A stretch of DNA of 64,000 bases from an uncultured delta proteobacterium (GCA_963822965.1 CAWGJT010000006.1:256001-320000); one strand, 5' to 3'. Shown: positions 34,458-47,693, counted from the stretch's first letter. Notes: a model not told the origin generated them from the sequence alone. Program-made: numbers and translations.

Positions 34458-35026
34458 GCCAGCGCCTCCTCGAGGCGTTGCGCCACCTCTTCGACGCTCC
34501 CCATGCCGGAGACCTCGACGAGCAGGCCCTGGTCGCGGTAGTGGTCCAGCAGCGGAGCCGTCTTCTCCGCGTAGACGCGCATGCGCTCGCGAATCGTCTC
34601 CTCGTTGTCGTCGGTCCGACCCTCGATCTCCGCCCGCTTGAGCAGGCGCGTCACCACCTCGTCCGCGTCCACGGTGATGGCCAGGCAGCAGTCGAGCGGC
34701 GTCCCCAGCTCGGCGAGCATCGCGTCGAGCGCCTGGGCCTGGCCGTCCGTGCGCGGGAAGCCGTCGAGGATGAACCCCTTCTCGCAATCCGCCTGCGATA
34801 GGCGATCGCGGGCGATGGCGATCACGATCTCGTCGCCGACCAGCGCCCCCGCGTCCATGACCGCCTTCGCCTGACGGCCCACGGGCGTCCCGGCGGCCAC
34901 CGCCGCGCGGAGCATGTCGCCGGTGGAGACGTGGGGGACGCCGAGACGCTTCGCCAGGAGCACGGCCTGGGTGCCCTTGCCGGCTCCCGGCGCGCCCAGC
35001 AGCACGATGCGGGTGGAGGGACTCAT
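34454..35026 (-). CDS. adk: Adenylate kinase, short (LID-less) type
   Basis: GAPGAGKGTQ, STGDMLR, LDGFPRT, RAEIEGRTDDNEE. Confidence 0.95.
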   Translation of the reverse strand: MSPSTRIVLLGAPGAGKGTQAVLLAKRLGVPHVSTGDMLRAAVAAGTPVGRQAKAVMDAGALVGDEIVIAIARDRLSQADCEKGFILDGFPRTDGQAQALDAMLAELGTPLDCCLAITVDADEVVTRLLKRAEIEGRTDDNEETIRERMRVYAEKTAPLLDHYRDQGLLVEVSGMGSVEEVAQRLEEALA

Positions 35027-36333
35027 CGTCCGAGCCTCCCGCGAATGCGCGCGCCCTTGGCGAGCCCCTCGTACTGACGGGAGACCAGGTGCGACTCGAT
35101 CTGGCCCACCGTGTCGAGCGCGACGGAGACGACGATGAGCAGCGCCGTGCCCCCGAAGTAGAACGGGATGGCGAAGCGCTGGGAGAGGATCACCGGCAGG
35201 ACGCACACCGCCGAGACGTAGATGGCCCCGATCAGGGTCAGCCGGCTCAGGACGTGGTCGATGTACTCCGCGGTCTTCTTGCCGGGCCGGATCCCCGGGA
35301 TGTAGCCCCCGAAGCGCTTGATGTTCTCGGAGACGTCCACGGGATTGATGATGATCGCCGTGTAGAAGTAGCAGAAGAAGATGATCAGGGTGACGTAGAT
35401 CGTGTTGTAGAGCGTGCTTCCCGGGTTCAGGAAGGTGTCGATGAACTGCTGCACCGCCGGGGAGTTGCTGAACTGCCGCAGGGTGAGCGGGAACATCAGC
35501 AGCGAGGACGCGAAGATGGGAGGAATCACGCCGGCGGTGTTCACGCGCAGCGGGAAGTAGCTCATGCCGCCCTGGGTGACCCGGCGTCCCACGACGCGCC
35601 GCGCGTGCTGGATCGGGATCCGCCGCTGGCTGCGCTCCACGTACACGACGCCCGCCAGGACCACCACCACCAGAGCCCCCAGCAGCAACGCCTCGAGCGG
35701 GGTGAACTGGTCGGTGCGGATCAGGTCCATGAGCCGGGAGAGGCCGGAGGGAATGCGCACGATGATGCCCGAGAAGATGATCAGCGAGATGCCGTTGCCG
35801 ATGCCCCGCTCCGTCACCTGCTCGCCGAGCCACATGATGAAGGCCGTGCCGCAGGTGAGTGTGATCATCGTCGTCAGGCGAAAGCCCCAGCCCGGGTTGA
35901 TGACGGCGCCGCTGCCGAATTGCCCGCCTTCGAGGGCCGTCGCGATCAGCAGGCTCTGGAAGCCGGCCAGGACGACCGTGGCGTAGCGCGACCACTGGTT
36001 GATCTTCTTCTGGCCCTGCTCGCCCTCGTTCTTCAGGGCTTCCAGCTGGGGGATCACGACCGTCAGCAGCTGAAAGATGATGGTGGCGCTGATGTAGGGC
36101 ATGATGCCCAGCGAGAAGACCGAGAGCTGTTCGAGGGCGCCTCCCGAGAAGAGGTTGAAGAGGCCGAACACGGTTCCGGACATCTGCTGGAAGAAGTCGC
36201 GGATCACCTGCGGGTTGATTCCGGGCGTGACGATCACGCAGCCGACGCGATAGACGGCGAGCATGGCGAAGGTGAAGAGGATGCGCTTTCGCAGCTCCTC
36301 GATCCTTCCGATGTTCTGCAGCCCGGCGAGCAC
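35023..36333 (-). CDS. secY: Preprotein translocase SecY
   Basis: LGIMPYISA, GIGNGISLII, IPGIRPG, FGGTALLI. Confidence 0.97.
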   Translation of the reverse strand: MLAGLQNIGRIEELRKRILFTFAMLAVYRVGCVIVTPGINPQVIRDFFQQMSGTVFGLFNLFSGGALEQLSVFSLGIMPYISATIIFQLLTVVIPQLEALKNEGEQGQKKINQWSRYATVVLAGFQSLLIATALEGGQFGSGAVINPGWGFRLTTMITLTCGTAFIMWLGEQVTERGIGNGISLIIFSGIIVRIPSGLSRLMDLIRTDQFTPLEALLLGALVVVVLAGVVYVERSQRRIPIQHARRVVGRRVTQGGMSYFPLRVNTAGVIPPIFASSLLMFPLTLRQFSNSPAVQQFIDTFLNPGSTLYNTIYVTLIIFFCYFYTAIIINPVDVSENIKRFGGYIPGIRPGKKTAEYIDHVLSRLTLIGAIYVSAVCVLPVILSQRFAIPFYFGGTALLIVVSVALDTVGQIESHLVSRQYEGLAKGARIRGRLGR

Positions 36334-36334
36334 C

Positions 36335-36775
36335 CTAGACGAGCTCCACGCTTCCACCGGCGGCTTCGACCTTCTGTCGAGCTCCGGCGCTGATTCGATT
36401 GACCTTCACGCTGAGGTTTCGCGGTGCGTCCCCGTTTCCCAGCACCTTGACCAGCGCGCCCGTACCGCGAATGAGCCCCTGCTCCGCGAGGGAGGCGAGG
36501 TCTACCGTCGCACCGTCCCCGAACGCCGCCAGCGCAGCGAGATTCACGATCTCCACGTCCTTGCGGAAGTGGTTCGTGAAGCCCTTCTTGGGCAGGCGCA
36601 TGTTGAGCGGCATCTGGCCGCCCTCGAAGCCCTGACGCACGGGATGTCCGGTCCCGCGCTTCCCCTGTCCCTTCACGCCGTGCGTGGACGTCTTGCCCCG
36701 ACCCGAGCCGGGGCCGCGTCCGAGACGCTTGCGGCCCCGTTTGGATCCGGGATTCGGCTTGAGCCGATCCAGCAT
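36335..36775 (-). CDS. rplO: 50S ribosomal protein L15
   Basis: RLGRGPGSGRGKT, GFEGGQMPL, KVLGNG. Confidence 0.96.
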   Translation of the reverse strand: MLDRLKPNPGSKRGRKRLGRGPGSGRGKTSTHGVKGQGKRGTGHPVRQGFEGGQMPLNMRLPKKGFTNHFRKDVEIVNLAALAAFGDGATVDLASLAEQGLIRGTGALVKVLGNGDAPRNLSVKVNRISAGARQKVEAAGGSVELV

Positions 36776-36779
36776 TGCC

Positions 36780-36989
36780 CTAGTCCTCCACCACCGCGAT
36801 CAGATGGCGCACCTTCGCGATCATGCCGCGCACGGACGGCGTGTCCTCGACCTCGACCACCCGGTGCATCCGGCGAATGCCCAGCCCGCGCAGAGTGGCT
36901 CGCTGCCGCTCGTTGTATCCGATCTCGCTCTTGACCTGCCGGAGGCGAATGCGCCCCTTCGAAGTCGTACCGCCCGATTCGCTCACCAC
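36780..36989 (-). CDS. rpmD: 50S ribosomal protein L30
   Basis: [37 protein letters not shown] before GTG. Confidence 0.93.
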   Translation of the reverse strand: MVSESGGTTSKGRIRLRQVKSEIGYNERQRATLRGLGIRRMHRVVEVEDTPSVRGMIAKVRHLIAVVED

Positions 36990-37035
36990 CGTCTCCTCTC
37001 CCTGCCCCGCCTGCCCGGCCCCGAGCCGCCCCGCC

Positions 37036-37058
37036 AGCCGACCCATCCTGGGTCGGCC
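37036..37058 (-). repeat. 23-nt GGA-loop hairpin after the rpsE stop
   Basis: mRNA GGCCGACCC-AGGAU-GGGUCGGCU, identical to 39914-39936. Confidence 0.85.
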
Positions 37059-37060
37059 CG

Positions 37061-37567
37061 CTAGGAGCGCCGCCGTCCGAGCTCCGCCAGCCGGGCATCC
37101 GGCTCCTCGAGCTCCTGCAGCCCCACCATCACGGCGTTCACCACGTTGCGCGGATTGTTCGTTCCCAGCGTCTTGGTGAGGATGTCGCTCACCCCCGCCG
37201 TCTCGAGCACCGCACGCACCGGCCCGCCTGCAATCACGCCCGTACCGGGCGACGCGGGCTTCAACAGCACCCGACCCGCACCGAAGCAGCCCAGCACCTC
37301 GTGGGGAAGCGTCCCCTCGATGATCGGAACGCGGATCAGCGTGCGCCGCGCCCGCTCGACCCCTTTCCGGATCGCCTCGGGCACCTCGCCGGCCTTGCCG
37401 AGCCCCACGCCGACCACGCCCGCGCCGTCTCCGACGACCACCAGGGCGCTGAACGAGAAGCGGCGACCGCCCTTCACCACCTTCGCGACGCGGTTGATGT
37501 GGATCACCCGGTCGTTCAGCTCGTAGTCGTTCGGATTGATGTGCGATCCCTGTACCAGAGTTGCCAT
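37061..37567 (-). CDS. rpsE: 30S ribosomal protein S5
   Basis: [31 protein letters not shown]. Confidence 0.97.
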   Translation of the reverse strand: MATLVQGSHINPNDYELNDRVIHINRVAKVVKGGRRFSFSALVVVGDGAGVVGVGLGKAGEVPEAIRKGVERARRTLIRVPIIEGTLPHEVLGCFGAGRVLLKPASPGTGVIAGGPVRAVLETAGVSDILTKTLGTNNPRNVVNAVMVGLQELEEPDARLAELGRRRS

Positions 37568-37568
37568 G

Positions 37569-37934
37569 TCAGAACTCGAGCCCCGCTTCCCGCGCCGCAT
37601 CGGCCAGGGCCTTGATGCGTCCGTGAAAGAGAAATCCATTTCGGTTGAAGACGACGCGTTCGATGCGCCGCTCGCGCGCCTGTCGTGCGATCTCGGCGCC
37701 GACCCGCTTGGCCGCCTCGACGTTGCCGGTCCCGCCGCCGTCGACGACGCCCTTCGTGCGCGTCGAAACGGTGCAGATGGTCCGACCCTCGGTATCCACG
37801 ATCTGCGCGTAGATGTGCTTCGCGCTGCGGAAGACCGTGAGCCGCGCCCGATCGCTCGTGCCCAGACCCGTGCGCACACGGTTGCGCCGTGCGATCCACT
37901 TGCGGGACTTCTCGTTCGCCGACTTCCTCTTCAT
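37569..37934 (-). CDS. rplR: 50S ribosomal protein L18
   Basis: [32 protein letters not shown]. Confidence 0.96.
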   Translation of the reverse strand: MKRKSANEKSRKWIARRNRVRTGLGTSDRARLTVFRSAKHIYAQIVDTEGRTICTVSTRTKGVVDGGGTGNVEAAKRVGAEIARQARERRIERVVFNRNGFLFHGRIKALADAAREAGLEF

Positions 37935-37993
37935 TTCCTTCTCCGCTCTCCCGCGGGCCGCGGCGTCTCCGCCCCGAACCGCGTGAAGGCACG

Positions 37994-38533
37994 CTATGCC
38001 GCGCCGGCCTTTCCGACCTTGCGTCTCACCTGCTCGTCGGCGTACCGCACGCCCTTGCCCTTGTACGGCTCGGGCGGCCGCTTGCCGCGGATGTTCGCCG
38101 CGAACTGCCCCACGAGCTCCTTGTCGATCCCCTCGACGACCAGACGCGTGCCACCCTCGACGGCGACCGAGAGCCCCTTCGGGATCTCCATGTCCACCGG
38201 GTGCGAGTAGCCGAGCAGCAGGTTCAGCGTGTTGCCGGAGACCGAGGCGCGATAGCCCACGCCCTGGATGTCCAGCTGCTTCCGGAATCCCTCGGTCACG
38301 CCCGTCACGAGGTTCGCCGTGATTGCACGCGCGAGCCCGTGCAGCGAACGGCTCTGCTTCGAGTCGTCCGGCCGCTTGAGGCTGATCGCGTCATCCCCGA
38401 TCTCGACGGCGATCCGCTCGGGGAGGTTCTTCGACAGGGTTCCCTTGGGACCCTTCACCTCCACGGCCCCGGCGTTCAGCTTGACGGTCACGCCGCTCGG
38501 GAGCGGGATGGGGAGCTTTCCGATCCGGGACAT
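37994..38533 (-). CDS. rplF: 50S ribosomal protein L6
   Basis: [23 protein letters not shown]. Confidence 0.97.
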   Translation of the reverse strand: MSRIGKLPIPLPSGVTVKLNAGAVEVKGPKGTLSKNLPERIAVEIGDDAISLKRPDDSKQSRSLHGLARAITANLVTGVTEGFRKQLDIQGVGYRASVSGNTLNLLLGYSHPVDMEIPKGLSVAVEGGTRLVVEGIDKELVGQFAANIRGKRPPEPYKGKGVRYADEQVRRKVGKAGAA

Positions 38534-38535
38534 CG

Positions 38536-38931
38536 CTACCAGACCTCGCAGATGATTTCGCCGCCCACCTTGGCTTCGCGGGCTTCGCGGTCGCACATCA
38601 CGCCCTTGGGCGTGGACAGGATCACCATGCCGAGGCCGTTCCGAACCTGCGGGATCTCGCCCACCCCGACGTAGACCCGGCGCCCCGGCCGGCTCACTCG
38701 CTTGATTCCGTCGACCATGGTCCGGCCGTCGTCCCGGTAACGCAGACCGATGGTCATCAGGTCGTGGCTCTCACCGCTCTGGCTGCTCACTTCTCCGACG
38801 AAGCCCTCCTGGGAGAGCACGCGGGCCACCGCCATCTTCAGCTTCGAAGCGGCGCAGCTCGTCTTGCGGTGCCGCGCGGAACCGGCGTTCCGGATGCGCG
38901 TGAGCATGTCGCCGATCGGGTCAGTCATCAT
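38536..38931 (-). CDS. rpsH: 30S ribosomal protein S8
   Basis: TDPIGDMLTRIRNA, SRPGRRVY, GGEIICEVW. Confidence 0.97.
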   Translation of the reverse strand: MMTDPIGDMLTRIRNAGSARHRKTSCAASKLKMAVARVLSQEGFVGEVSSQSGESHDLMTIGLRYRDDGRTMVDGIKRVSRPGRRVYVGVGEIPQVRNGLGMVILSTPKGVMCDREAREAKVGGEIICEVW

Positions 38932-38950
38932 GATCGTCTCTCCCTGGCCC

Positions 38951-39493
38951 TCAGGATGCGAACGGCATGCCGAGGTGCGCGAGCAGCGCCTTCCCTTCGG
39001 CATCCGTCCTGGCCGTGGTCACCACGGTGATGTTGAGTCCGGTAACGCGCTCCACCGAGTCGTAGTCGATCTCCGGGAAGATGATCTGCTCTCGGACGCC
39101 CAGGGTGTAGTTGCCGCGCCCGTCGAAGGACTTGCCCGAGACGCCCTTGAAATCGCGCACGCGGGGCAGCGCGACGTTCACCAGGCGGTCGAGGAACTCC
39201 CAGCAGCGGGCGCCCCGCAGCGTCACCATCGCGCCGATCGCCTGCCCCTCCCGCAGCTTGAAATTCGAGACGCTCTTCTTCGCGCGGCGGACGTTGGCTT
39301 TCTGCCCGGTGATCTGTCCCAGCTCCTCGACCGCCCGCTCGAGCAGCTTCGGATTCTGCGTGGCTTCGCCCACGCCGATGTTGACGACCACCTTCTCCAC
39401 CCGGGGAACCTGATGGGTGTTCTTGTACGAGAATTCGCTCTGCAGCTTCGGGACGATTTCGCTCCGGTACCGCTCGAGCAGTCGGGGGGCCAT
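38951..39493 (-). CDS. rplE: 50S ribosomal protein L5
   Basis: [31 protein letters not shown]. Confidence 0.97.
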   Translation of the reverse strand: MAPRLLERYRSEIVPKLQSEFSYKNTHQVPRVEKVVVNIGVGEATQNPKLLERAVEELGQITGQKANVRRAKKSVSNFKLREGQAIGAMVTLRGARCWEFLDRLVNVALPRVRDFKGVSGKSFDGRGNYTLGVREQIIFPEIDYDSVERVTGLNITVVTTARTDAEGKALLAHLGMPFAS

Positions 39494-39862
39494 CTAGAGC
39501 ACCTCCGGCGCCAGGGACACGATCTTCATGTACCCCCGTGCACGCAGCTCGCGAGCCACCGGGCCGAAGATCCGCGTCCCGATGACTTCCTTGTTGTTGT
39601 CGATCAGCACGGCCGCGTTCTCGTCGAAGCGGATGTAGGAGCCGTCGCGGCGGCCGATGTTCTTCTTCGTCCGGACGATCACCGCCCGGCGGACCTCGCC
39701 CTTCTTCACACGAGCGTTCGGGATCGCTTCGGACACGGCGACGACGATGATGTCGCCCACCGAGGCCTCCCGGCGCCTCGAGCCGCCGAGCACCCGGATG
39801 CACTTCACGCGCCTCGCCCCGGAGTTGTCGGCGACACTCAATTTGGATTCTGCCCTGATCAT
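39494..39862 (-). CDS. rplN: 50S ribosomal protein L14
   Basis: [28 protein letters not shown]. Confidence 0.97.
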   Translation of the reverse strand: MIRAESKLSVADNSGARRVKCIRVLGGSRRREASVGDIIVVAVSEAIPNARVKKGEVRRAVIVRTKKNIGRRDGSYIRFDENAAVLIDNNKEVIGTRIFGPVARELRARGYMKIVSLAPEVL

Positions 39863-39913
39863 CTCGAGAACCCTCGACTCCCTGACGAATCCCAGGGATT
39901 CGTGTGCTGCGCG

Positions 39914-39936
39914 AGCCGACCCATCCTGGGTCGGCC
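39914..39936 (-). repeat. 23-nt GGA-loop hairpin after the rpsQ stop
   Basis: Identical to 37036-37058. Confidence 0.85.
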
Positions 39937-39940
39937 ACCG

Positions 39941-40204
39941 CTAGACGCCCGTCGCACGGACGACCGTCTCCTGAACCTTCCAGCGCTTCCGCTTGGAGAG
40001 CGGCCGGTGCTCGATGATCCGTACCCGGTCTCCGTTCTTGCAGTCGTTGGCCTCGTCGTGGGCCAGGAACCGGGAATAGCGGCGCACGTACTTCTTGTAC
40101 TGCCGGTCCTTCACCAGACGCTCCACGCGCACGACCACGGTCTTGTCCATCTTGTCGCTGACGACTGTTCCTACCAATGTCCGCCGACGCCCTCGTTCGC
40201 TCAC
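39941..40204 (-). CDS. rpsQ: 30S ribosomal protein S17
   Basis: GTVVSDKMDKTVVV, RPLSKRKRW. Confidence 0.96.
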   Translation of the reverse strand: MSERGRRRTLVGTVVSDKMDKTVVVRVERLVKDRQYKKYVRRYSRFLAHDEANDCKNGDRVRIIEHRPLSKRKRWKVQETVVRATGV

Positions 40205-40398
40205 TTCGTCGCCTCACGCTTCTCGGAGAGCACAGTTTCGACTCTCGCTACGTCCCGGCGCAGCCACTTCAGCTTCGCCGTGTCCTCGAGCTGTCCCGTG
40301 GCATGCTTGACCTTCGCATTGAAGAACTCGCTGCGGGCCTCGCGGACCTTCTGGGCCAGCTCTTCGATGCCTAGCTCTCTCAGCTCCGACGCCTTCAT
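40201..40398 (-). CDS. rpmC: 50S ribosomal protein L29
   Basis: MKASELR, ATGQLE, RRDVARVET; position between rplP and rpsQ. Confidence 0.94.
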   Translation of the reverse strand: MKASELRELGIEELAQKVREARSEFFNAKVKHATGQLEDTAKLKWLRRDVARVETVLSEKREATK

Positions 40399-40410
40399 CG
40401 ATGCCTCCGC

Positions 40411-40821
40411 TCAGTCTTCGCGCACGACGAAACGCGTCTGCACGGAGAGCTTGTGCGCCGCAAGGCGGAAGGCCTCCCGGGCCACGGTCTCGTCGACGCC
40501 TTCCATCTCGTACAGCATCCGCCCGGGCTTCACCGGGGCCACCCAGGCCTCGGGATTCCCCTTCCCCTTGCCCATGCGGGTCTCGGCGGGCTTCTTGCTC
40601 ACCGGCTTCGCCGGAAAGAGCCGAATCCAGACCTTGCCACCGCGCTTCACGTGCCGCGTCATCGCAATCCGGGCCGCCTCGATCTGGCGGGCCGTGACGA
40701 AGCCCGCGGAGACCGCCTGCAGACCGTAGTCTCCGAAAGAGACCTGGTTGCCGCGCATCGACTTGCCGCGATTGCGTCCCTTGAACGACTTCCGATGCTT
40801 CACCTTCTTCGGCTGGAGCAT
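40411..40821 (-). CDS. rplP: 50S ribosomal protein L16
   Basis: [21 protein letters not shown]. Confidence 0.97.
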   Translation of the reverse strand: MLQPKKVKHRKSFKGRNRGKSMRGNQVSFGDYGLQAVSAGFVTARQIEAARIAMTRHVKRGGKVWIRLFPAKPVSKKPAETRMGKGKGNPEAWVAPVKPGRMLYEMEGVDETVAREAFRLAAHKLSVQTRFVVRED

Positions 40822-40827
40822 GCCCGC

Positions 40828-41508
40828 CTACCTCGCCGGATCGGCCTGCAGGTGCTGCCCGAGCGGCCCCTTGTGCAGGTCCTTGTCGCCCACCTCGCCC
40901 TTGAACACCCAGCACTTGACCCCGATCGTGCCGTAGGTCGTGTGGGCCTCCGCGAAGCCGTACTCGATGTCCGCTCGCAGGGTGTGCAACGGCACACGGC
41001 CGTCGCGGTACCACTCGCGTCGCCCCATCTCGGCGCCGCCCAGGCGCCCCGAGCACTGGATGCGGATGCCCTCCGCGCCGAACTTCATCGTCGAGACCAT
41101 CGCCTTCTTCATGGCGCGCCGGAAGGCGACACGGCGCTCGAGCTGCAGCGCGATGTTCTCGGCCACGAGCTGTGCGTCGAGCTCCGCCTTCCGGATCTCC
41201 TTCACGTTGATGAAGATGTCGCGCGGCGTGAACTGCTTGAGCTCCGCGCGCAACACCTCCACTTCCGCCCCGCGCTTGCCGATGAGGATGCCGGGCCGCG
41301 CCGTGTGGATGTTCACGACCAGCTTCTCACCCGTGCGCTCGATCACCACCTTCGAGATGCCCGCGTGATAGAGCTTCTTCTTGATGTAGTTCCGAACCTT
41401 CACGTCTTCGTGGAGCTGTTCGGCGTAGTGCTTGTCGGCGTACCAATTGGACTGCCACCCATAGAGGGTGCCCAATCGGAAACCGTAGGGATGAACCTTC
41501 TGACCCAC
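40828..41508 (-). CDS. rpsC: 30S ribosomal protein S3
   Basis: [24 protein letters not shown]. Confidence 0.97.
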   Translation of the reverse strand: MGQKVHPYGFRLGTLYGWQSNWYADKHYAEQLHEDVKVRNYIKKKLYHAGISKVVIERTGEKLVVNIHTARPGILIGKRGAEVEVLRAELKQFTPRDIFINVKEIRKAELDAQLVAENIALQLERRVAFRRAMKKAMVSTMKFGAEGIRIQCSGRLGGAEMGRREWYRDGRVPLHTLRADIEYGFAEAHTTYGTIGVKCWVFKGEVGDKDLHKGPLGQHLQADPAR

Positions 41509-41540
41509 GCGTACTCCTTGCTCGTCGGCTCGTCCTGGAC

Positions 41541-41888
41541 CTAGCGCTCGTCCAGCTCGACGCTGATATGGCTCGTTCGCTTCTGCACCCACGTCGCCCG
41601 ACCCTGGGCACGCGGCCGGATCCGCCACATGCTGGGACCCTCGTCGACGGTGATCTTCTTCACGACGAGCTTGTCGATGTCGATGCCCGCCTGGTGCTCG
41701 TCGTTCTTGTTCTCTGCGTTCGCCACCGCGGAGCGGAGCAGCTTCGCGAGCGGTCCCGCGAAGCGCTTGTCCGAGAGCGAGAGGCGATTGAGGGCGTCCT
41801 CGACCCCCAGCCCGCGCACCAGGCCCACCACGAGGCGCGCCTTCCGGGCGCTGATTCGGTGATTCTTGAGCGAAGCCGTGACCGCCAT
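41541..41888 (-). CDS. rplV: 50S ribosomal protein L22
   Basis: [27 protein letters not shown]. Confidence 0.96.
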   Translation of the reverse strand: MAVTASLKNHRISARKARLVVGLVRGLGVEDALNRLSLSDKRFAGPLAKLLRSAVANAENKNDEHQAGIDIDKLVVKKITVDEGPSMWRIRPRAQGRATWVQKRTSHISVELDER

Positions 41889-41889
41889 C

Positions 41890-42165
41890 TCAGCGCTTCA
41901 CCTTCCGGTCGGACGCGTGCCCCGTGAACTTCCGCGTCGGGGCAAACTCGCCCAGGCGGTGGCCGACCATGTTCTCGGTCACGAAGACCGGCATGAAGAG
42001 CTTGCCGTTGTGCACGTGGAAGGTCTGTCCCACGAACTCGGGCGTGATCATCGAACGCCGAGACCAGGTCCGCACGACCTGCTTCGAGCCCGACTTCTGC
42101 ACCTTGTCGATCTTGCGCTGCAGGCTGGGATCGACGAACGGGCCCTTTCGGAGTGAGCGCGACAT
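41890..42165 (-). CDS. rpsS: 30S ribosomal protein S19
   Basis: [25 protein letters not shown]. Confidence 0.97.
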   Translation of the reverse strand: MSRSLRKGPFVDPSLQRKIDKVQKSGSKQVVRTWSRRSMITPEFVGQTFHVHNGKLFMPVFVTENMVGHRLGEFAPTRKFTGHASDRKVKR

Positions 42166-42996
42166 CTACTTCTTCCCCCGTCGCTTGACGATGTACTTGT
42201 TCGAACGCGACTTGTTGCGCGTCTTGTGCCCCTTGGTGGGCTTGCCCCAGGGCGTGCACGGATGCCGCCCGCCCGAGGTCCGCCCCTCGCCACCGCCCAT
42301 GGGATGGTCGACGGGGTTCATGGCGACGCCGCGCACGTTCGGGCGCTTGCCCTTCCAGCGGGCGCGCCCCGCCTTGCCCAGGGTCTGGTTCTCGTGGTCG
42401 AGGTTGCCCACCTGCCCGATGGTGGCCTTGCAGAGGACGTGCACCATGCGCATCTCGCCGCTGGGCAGACGCAGGGTGGCGTAGCTGCCCTCGCGGGCCA
42501 TCAGCTGGGCGCCGGTCCCGGCCGAACGGACCAGCTGGGCTCCCTTGCCGGGCTTGAGCTCGACGTTGTGCACCAGCGTCCCGAGGGGGATGCGCGCCAG
42601 GGGCAGCGCGTTCCCCACGCGGATGTCGGCCTTCTCTCCCGCCATCAGGCGGTCTCCCACCTTCACGCCGTTCGGCGCGAGGATGTAGCTCTTCTCGCCG
42701 TCCGCGTAGTGCAGCAGCGCGATGTTCGCCGAGCGGTTGGGGTCGTACTCGATCGCCGCGACGACGCCGGGAATCCCCTGCTTGGCGCGGCGGAAGTCGA
42801 TCGCCCGCAAGCGGCGCTTGTGGCCGCCGCCTCGATGCCAGCTGGTGACGCGTCCGTACGTGTTGCGACCGCCGCTCTTGTTCGCGCGGCCGCTCGTGAG
42901 CGACCGCTCGGGCCGGTTCCGGGTGATCTCGACGAATTCCGAGACGCTCATGTCGCGTCGCCCCGGAGACGTCGGCTTGTAGACCTTGACGGGCAT
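42166..42996 (-). CDS. rplB: 50S ribosomal protein L2
   Basis: [26 protein letters not shown]. Confidence 0.97.
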   Translation of the reverse strand: MPVKVYKPTSPGRRDMSVSEFVEITRNRPERSLTSGRANKSGGRNTYGRVTSWHRGGGHKRRLRAIDFRRAKQGIPGVVAAIEYDPNRSANIALLHYADGEKSYILAPNGVKVGDRLMAGEKADIRVGNALPLARIPLGTLVHNVELKPGKGAQLVRSAGTGAQLMAREGSYATLRLPSGEMRMVHVLCKATIGQVGNLDHENQTLGKAGRARWKGKRPNVRGVAMNPVDHPMGGGEGRTSGGRHPCTPWGKPTKGHKTRNKSRSNKYIVKRRGKK

Positions 42997-43005
42997 GGTT
43001 CCCCC

Positions 43006-43293
43006 TTAGATCCCCTCGAAGAACTCGATCGACTGGCCTTCGGCCAGCTGGACGATCGCCTTCTTCCATTCCGGCCGGCGGCCCATGAATCGGCCGATCC
43101 GCCGGGTCTTGCGCGGCTGGCGCATGGTCCGCACGCCGAGCACCTTCACGTCGAAGAGCTCCTCGACGGCGCGCCGGATCTCGTGCTTGTTGGCTCGCGG
43201 GTCGACGGCGAAGGTCGCCACGTTGTCGGCCTCGCGACCGATGTTGCTCTTCTCCGTGACGAGCGGGCGTCGGATCACTTCGTGCGCGTTCAT
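43006..43293 (-). CDS. rplW: 50S ribosomal protein L23
   Basis: PLVTEKS, ANKHEIRRAVE, WKKAIVQL. Confidence 0.96.
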   Translation of the reverse strand: MNAHEVIRRPLVTEKSNIGREADNVATFAVDPRANKHEIRRAVEELFDVKVLGVRTMRQPRKTRRIGRFMGRRPEWKKAIVQLAEGQSIEFFEGI

Positions 43294-43958
43294 CGCTCGT
43301 CTCCCTCCGCGCCGGCCGTCCCCTTCGCGAAGCCCTGGAGGCGGCGCTCCACGGCGTCCACCGCTCCGCGCGTGAGCAGCAGCTTGTCGTGGCGCAGGAC
43401 GTCGTAGACGTTCAGCCCCTCGGCGCGGACCACCGCCACGCGCGGAATGTTCCGGGCCGACACCTCCACCTTCTCGTTCGCCTCGCCGATCACGATCAGG
43501 ACCGACGCGCCCGCCAGGCCGAGGCGGTCCAGAGCGTTCACCACCTCGCGGGTCCGGAAGCCCTCGAGCTCCAGGCCGTCCACCACGGTGATCGCGTCCT
43601 CGGCGAAGCGGGTCGAGAGCGCCGAGACCAGCGCGGCCCGCCGCACCTTCTTGGGCAGCGAATGGGCGTAGCCGCGCGGCACCGGACCGAAGACGGCGCC
43701 GCCGCCGGCCCACTGGGGGGCCCGGATGGTGCCCTGTCGGGCGCGGCCGGTCCCCTTCTGCCGGTACGGCTTCTTGCCGCCGCCCGAGACACCCGCACGG
43801 TTCCGCGTGCTGTGCGTTCCCGCCCGGCGCAGCGCGAGCTGCCGCCGGACCTCGGCGTGAAAGAGATGCGGCCGCACGGCCGCTTCGAAGATGGAGGGGT
43901 CGAGATCGACGGTCCCCGCCTTCTCGTTGCCCCGCGTGACGACGTCCAGAGTGGCCAT
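43290..43958 (-). CDS. rplD: 50S ribosomal protein L4
   Basis: [31 protein letters not shown]. Confidence 0.97.
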   Translation of the reverse strand: MATLDVVTRGNEKAGTVDLDPSIFEAAVRPHLFHAEVRRQLALRRAGTHSTRNRAGVSGGGKKPYRQKGTGRARQGTIRAPQWAGGGAVFGPVPRGYAHSLPKKVRRAALVSALSTRFAEDAITVVDGLELEGFRTREVVNALDRLGLAGASVLIVIGEANEKVEVSARNIPRVAVVRAEGLNVYDVLRHDKLLLTRGAVDAVERRLQGFAKGTAGAEGDER

Positions 43959-43960
43959 GG

Positions 43961-44278
<318 letters not shown>

Positions 44279-44318
44279 TGGATTCGTCTTCCTCGCCTCG
44301 GCAAACGCCTGGGCAGTG

Positions 44319-45509
44319 CTACTCGATGACCTCGGACACCACACCGGCGCCGACCGTGCGTCCACCCTCGCGGATGGCGAAGCGCAGCTCCTTGTCCATG
44401 GCGATGGGCGTGATGAGCTGCACCGTCATCTCCACGTTGTCGCCCGGCATCACCATCTCCGTCCCCTCCGGAAGCTCCGCCACGCCCGTCACGTCCGTCG
44501 TCCGGAAGTAGAACTGCGGCCGGTATCCGTTGAAGAACGGCGTGTGACGACCGCCCTCGTCCTTGGTCAGGATGTACGCCTGCGCCTTGAACTTCGTGTG
44601 CGGCGTGATCGTCCCCGGCTTCGCCAGCACCTGGCCCCGCTCCACCTCGTCCTTGCCCGTCCCGCGAAGCAGACACCCCACGTTGTCCCCGGCCTGACCC
44701 TCGTCCAGGATCTTCCGGAACATCTCCACACCCGTCACCACCGTCTTCGACGTGTCCCGGATCCCGACGATCTCCACCTCGTCGCCCGTGTGGACCACAC
44801 CCGCCTCCACACGACCCGTCACCACCGTCCCCCGACCCGTGATCGAGAAAACGTCCTCGATCGGCATCAGGAACGGCTTGTCCAAAGCCCGCTCCGGCTC
44901 CGGAATGAACGAGTCCAGCGCGTCCATCAGCTCGTCGATGCACTTCGCCGCATCGTCGTCCGACGGATTCTCCAGCGCCTTCAACGCCGATCCCTTGATG
45001 ATCGGCGTGTCGTCCCCCGGAAACTCGTACGAAGAAAGAAGCTCCCGAACCTCCATCTCCACCAGCTCCAGAAGCTCCTCGTCGTCCACCTGGTCCACCT
45101 TGTTCAGGAACACCACGATGTACGGAACGTTCACCTGACGAGCCAGCAGCACGTGCTCCCGCGTCTGCGGCATCGGGCCGTCCGCCGCCGACACCACCAG
45201 AATCGCACCGTCCATCTGCGCAGCACCCGTGATCATGTTCTTCACGTAGTCCGCGTGACCCGGACAGTCCACGTGCGCGTAGTGACGCGAAGCCGTCTGG
45301 TACTCCACATGCGCCGTCGCAATCGTGATCCCGCGCTCCCGCTCCTCCGGCGCCTTGTCGATCTGGTCGAAGGGAGTGAAGTCCGCCAGGCCCTTCGCCG
45401 CCTGACGCTGCGTGATCGCAGCCGTCAACGTCGTCTTCCCGTGGTCCACGTGACCGATCGTCCCCACGTTCACGTGGGGCTTCGTCCGCTCGAACTTCTC
45501 CTTGGCCAT
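44319..45509 (-). CDS. tuf: Elongation factor Tu (str-operon copy)
   Basis: [31 protein letters not shown]. Confidence 0.98.
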   Translation of the reverse strand: MAKEKFERTKPHVNVGTIGHVDHGKTTLTAAITQRQAAKGLADFTPFDQIDKAPEERERGITIATAHVEYQTASRHYAHVDCPGHADYVKNMITGAAQMDGAILVVSAADGPMPQTREHVLLARQVNVPYIVVFLNKVDQVDDEELLELVEMEVRELLSSYEFPGDDTPIIKGSALKALENPSDDDAAKCIDELMDALDSFIPEPERALDKPFLMPIEDVFSITGRGTVVTGRVEAGVVHTGDEVEIVGIRDTSKTVVTGVEMFRKILDEGQAGDNVGCLLRGTGKDEVERGQVLAKPGTITPHTKFKAQAYILTKDEGGRHTPFFNGYRPQFYFRTTDVTGVAELPEGTEMVMPGDNVEMTVQLITPIAMDKELRFAIREGGRTVGAGVVSEVIE

Positions 45510-45608
45510 GCTGCCTTCCTCTCTCCCTCTCTTCGGGACTCTTTCCGCTGGTGACCTGCCTGTCGGGCGCTCCCGACGCGGGGCCTCCGCGTCCGGTCAC
45601 GGAGACCG

Positions 45609-47693
<2,085 letters not shown>

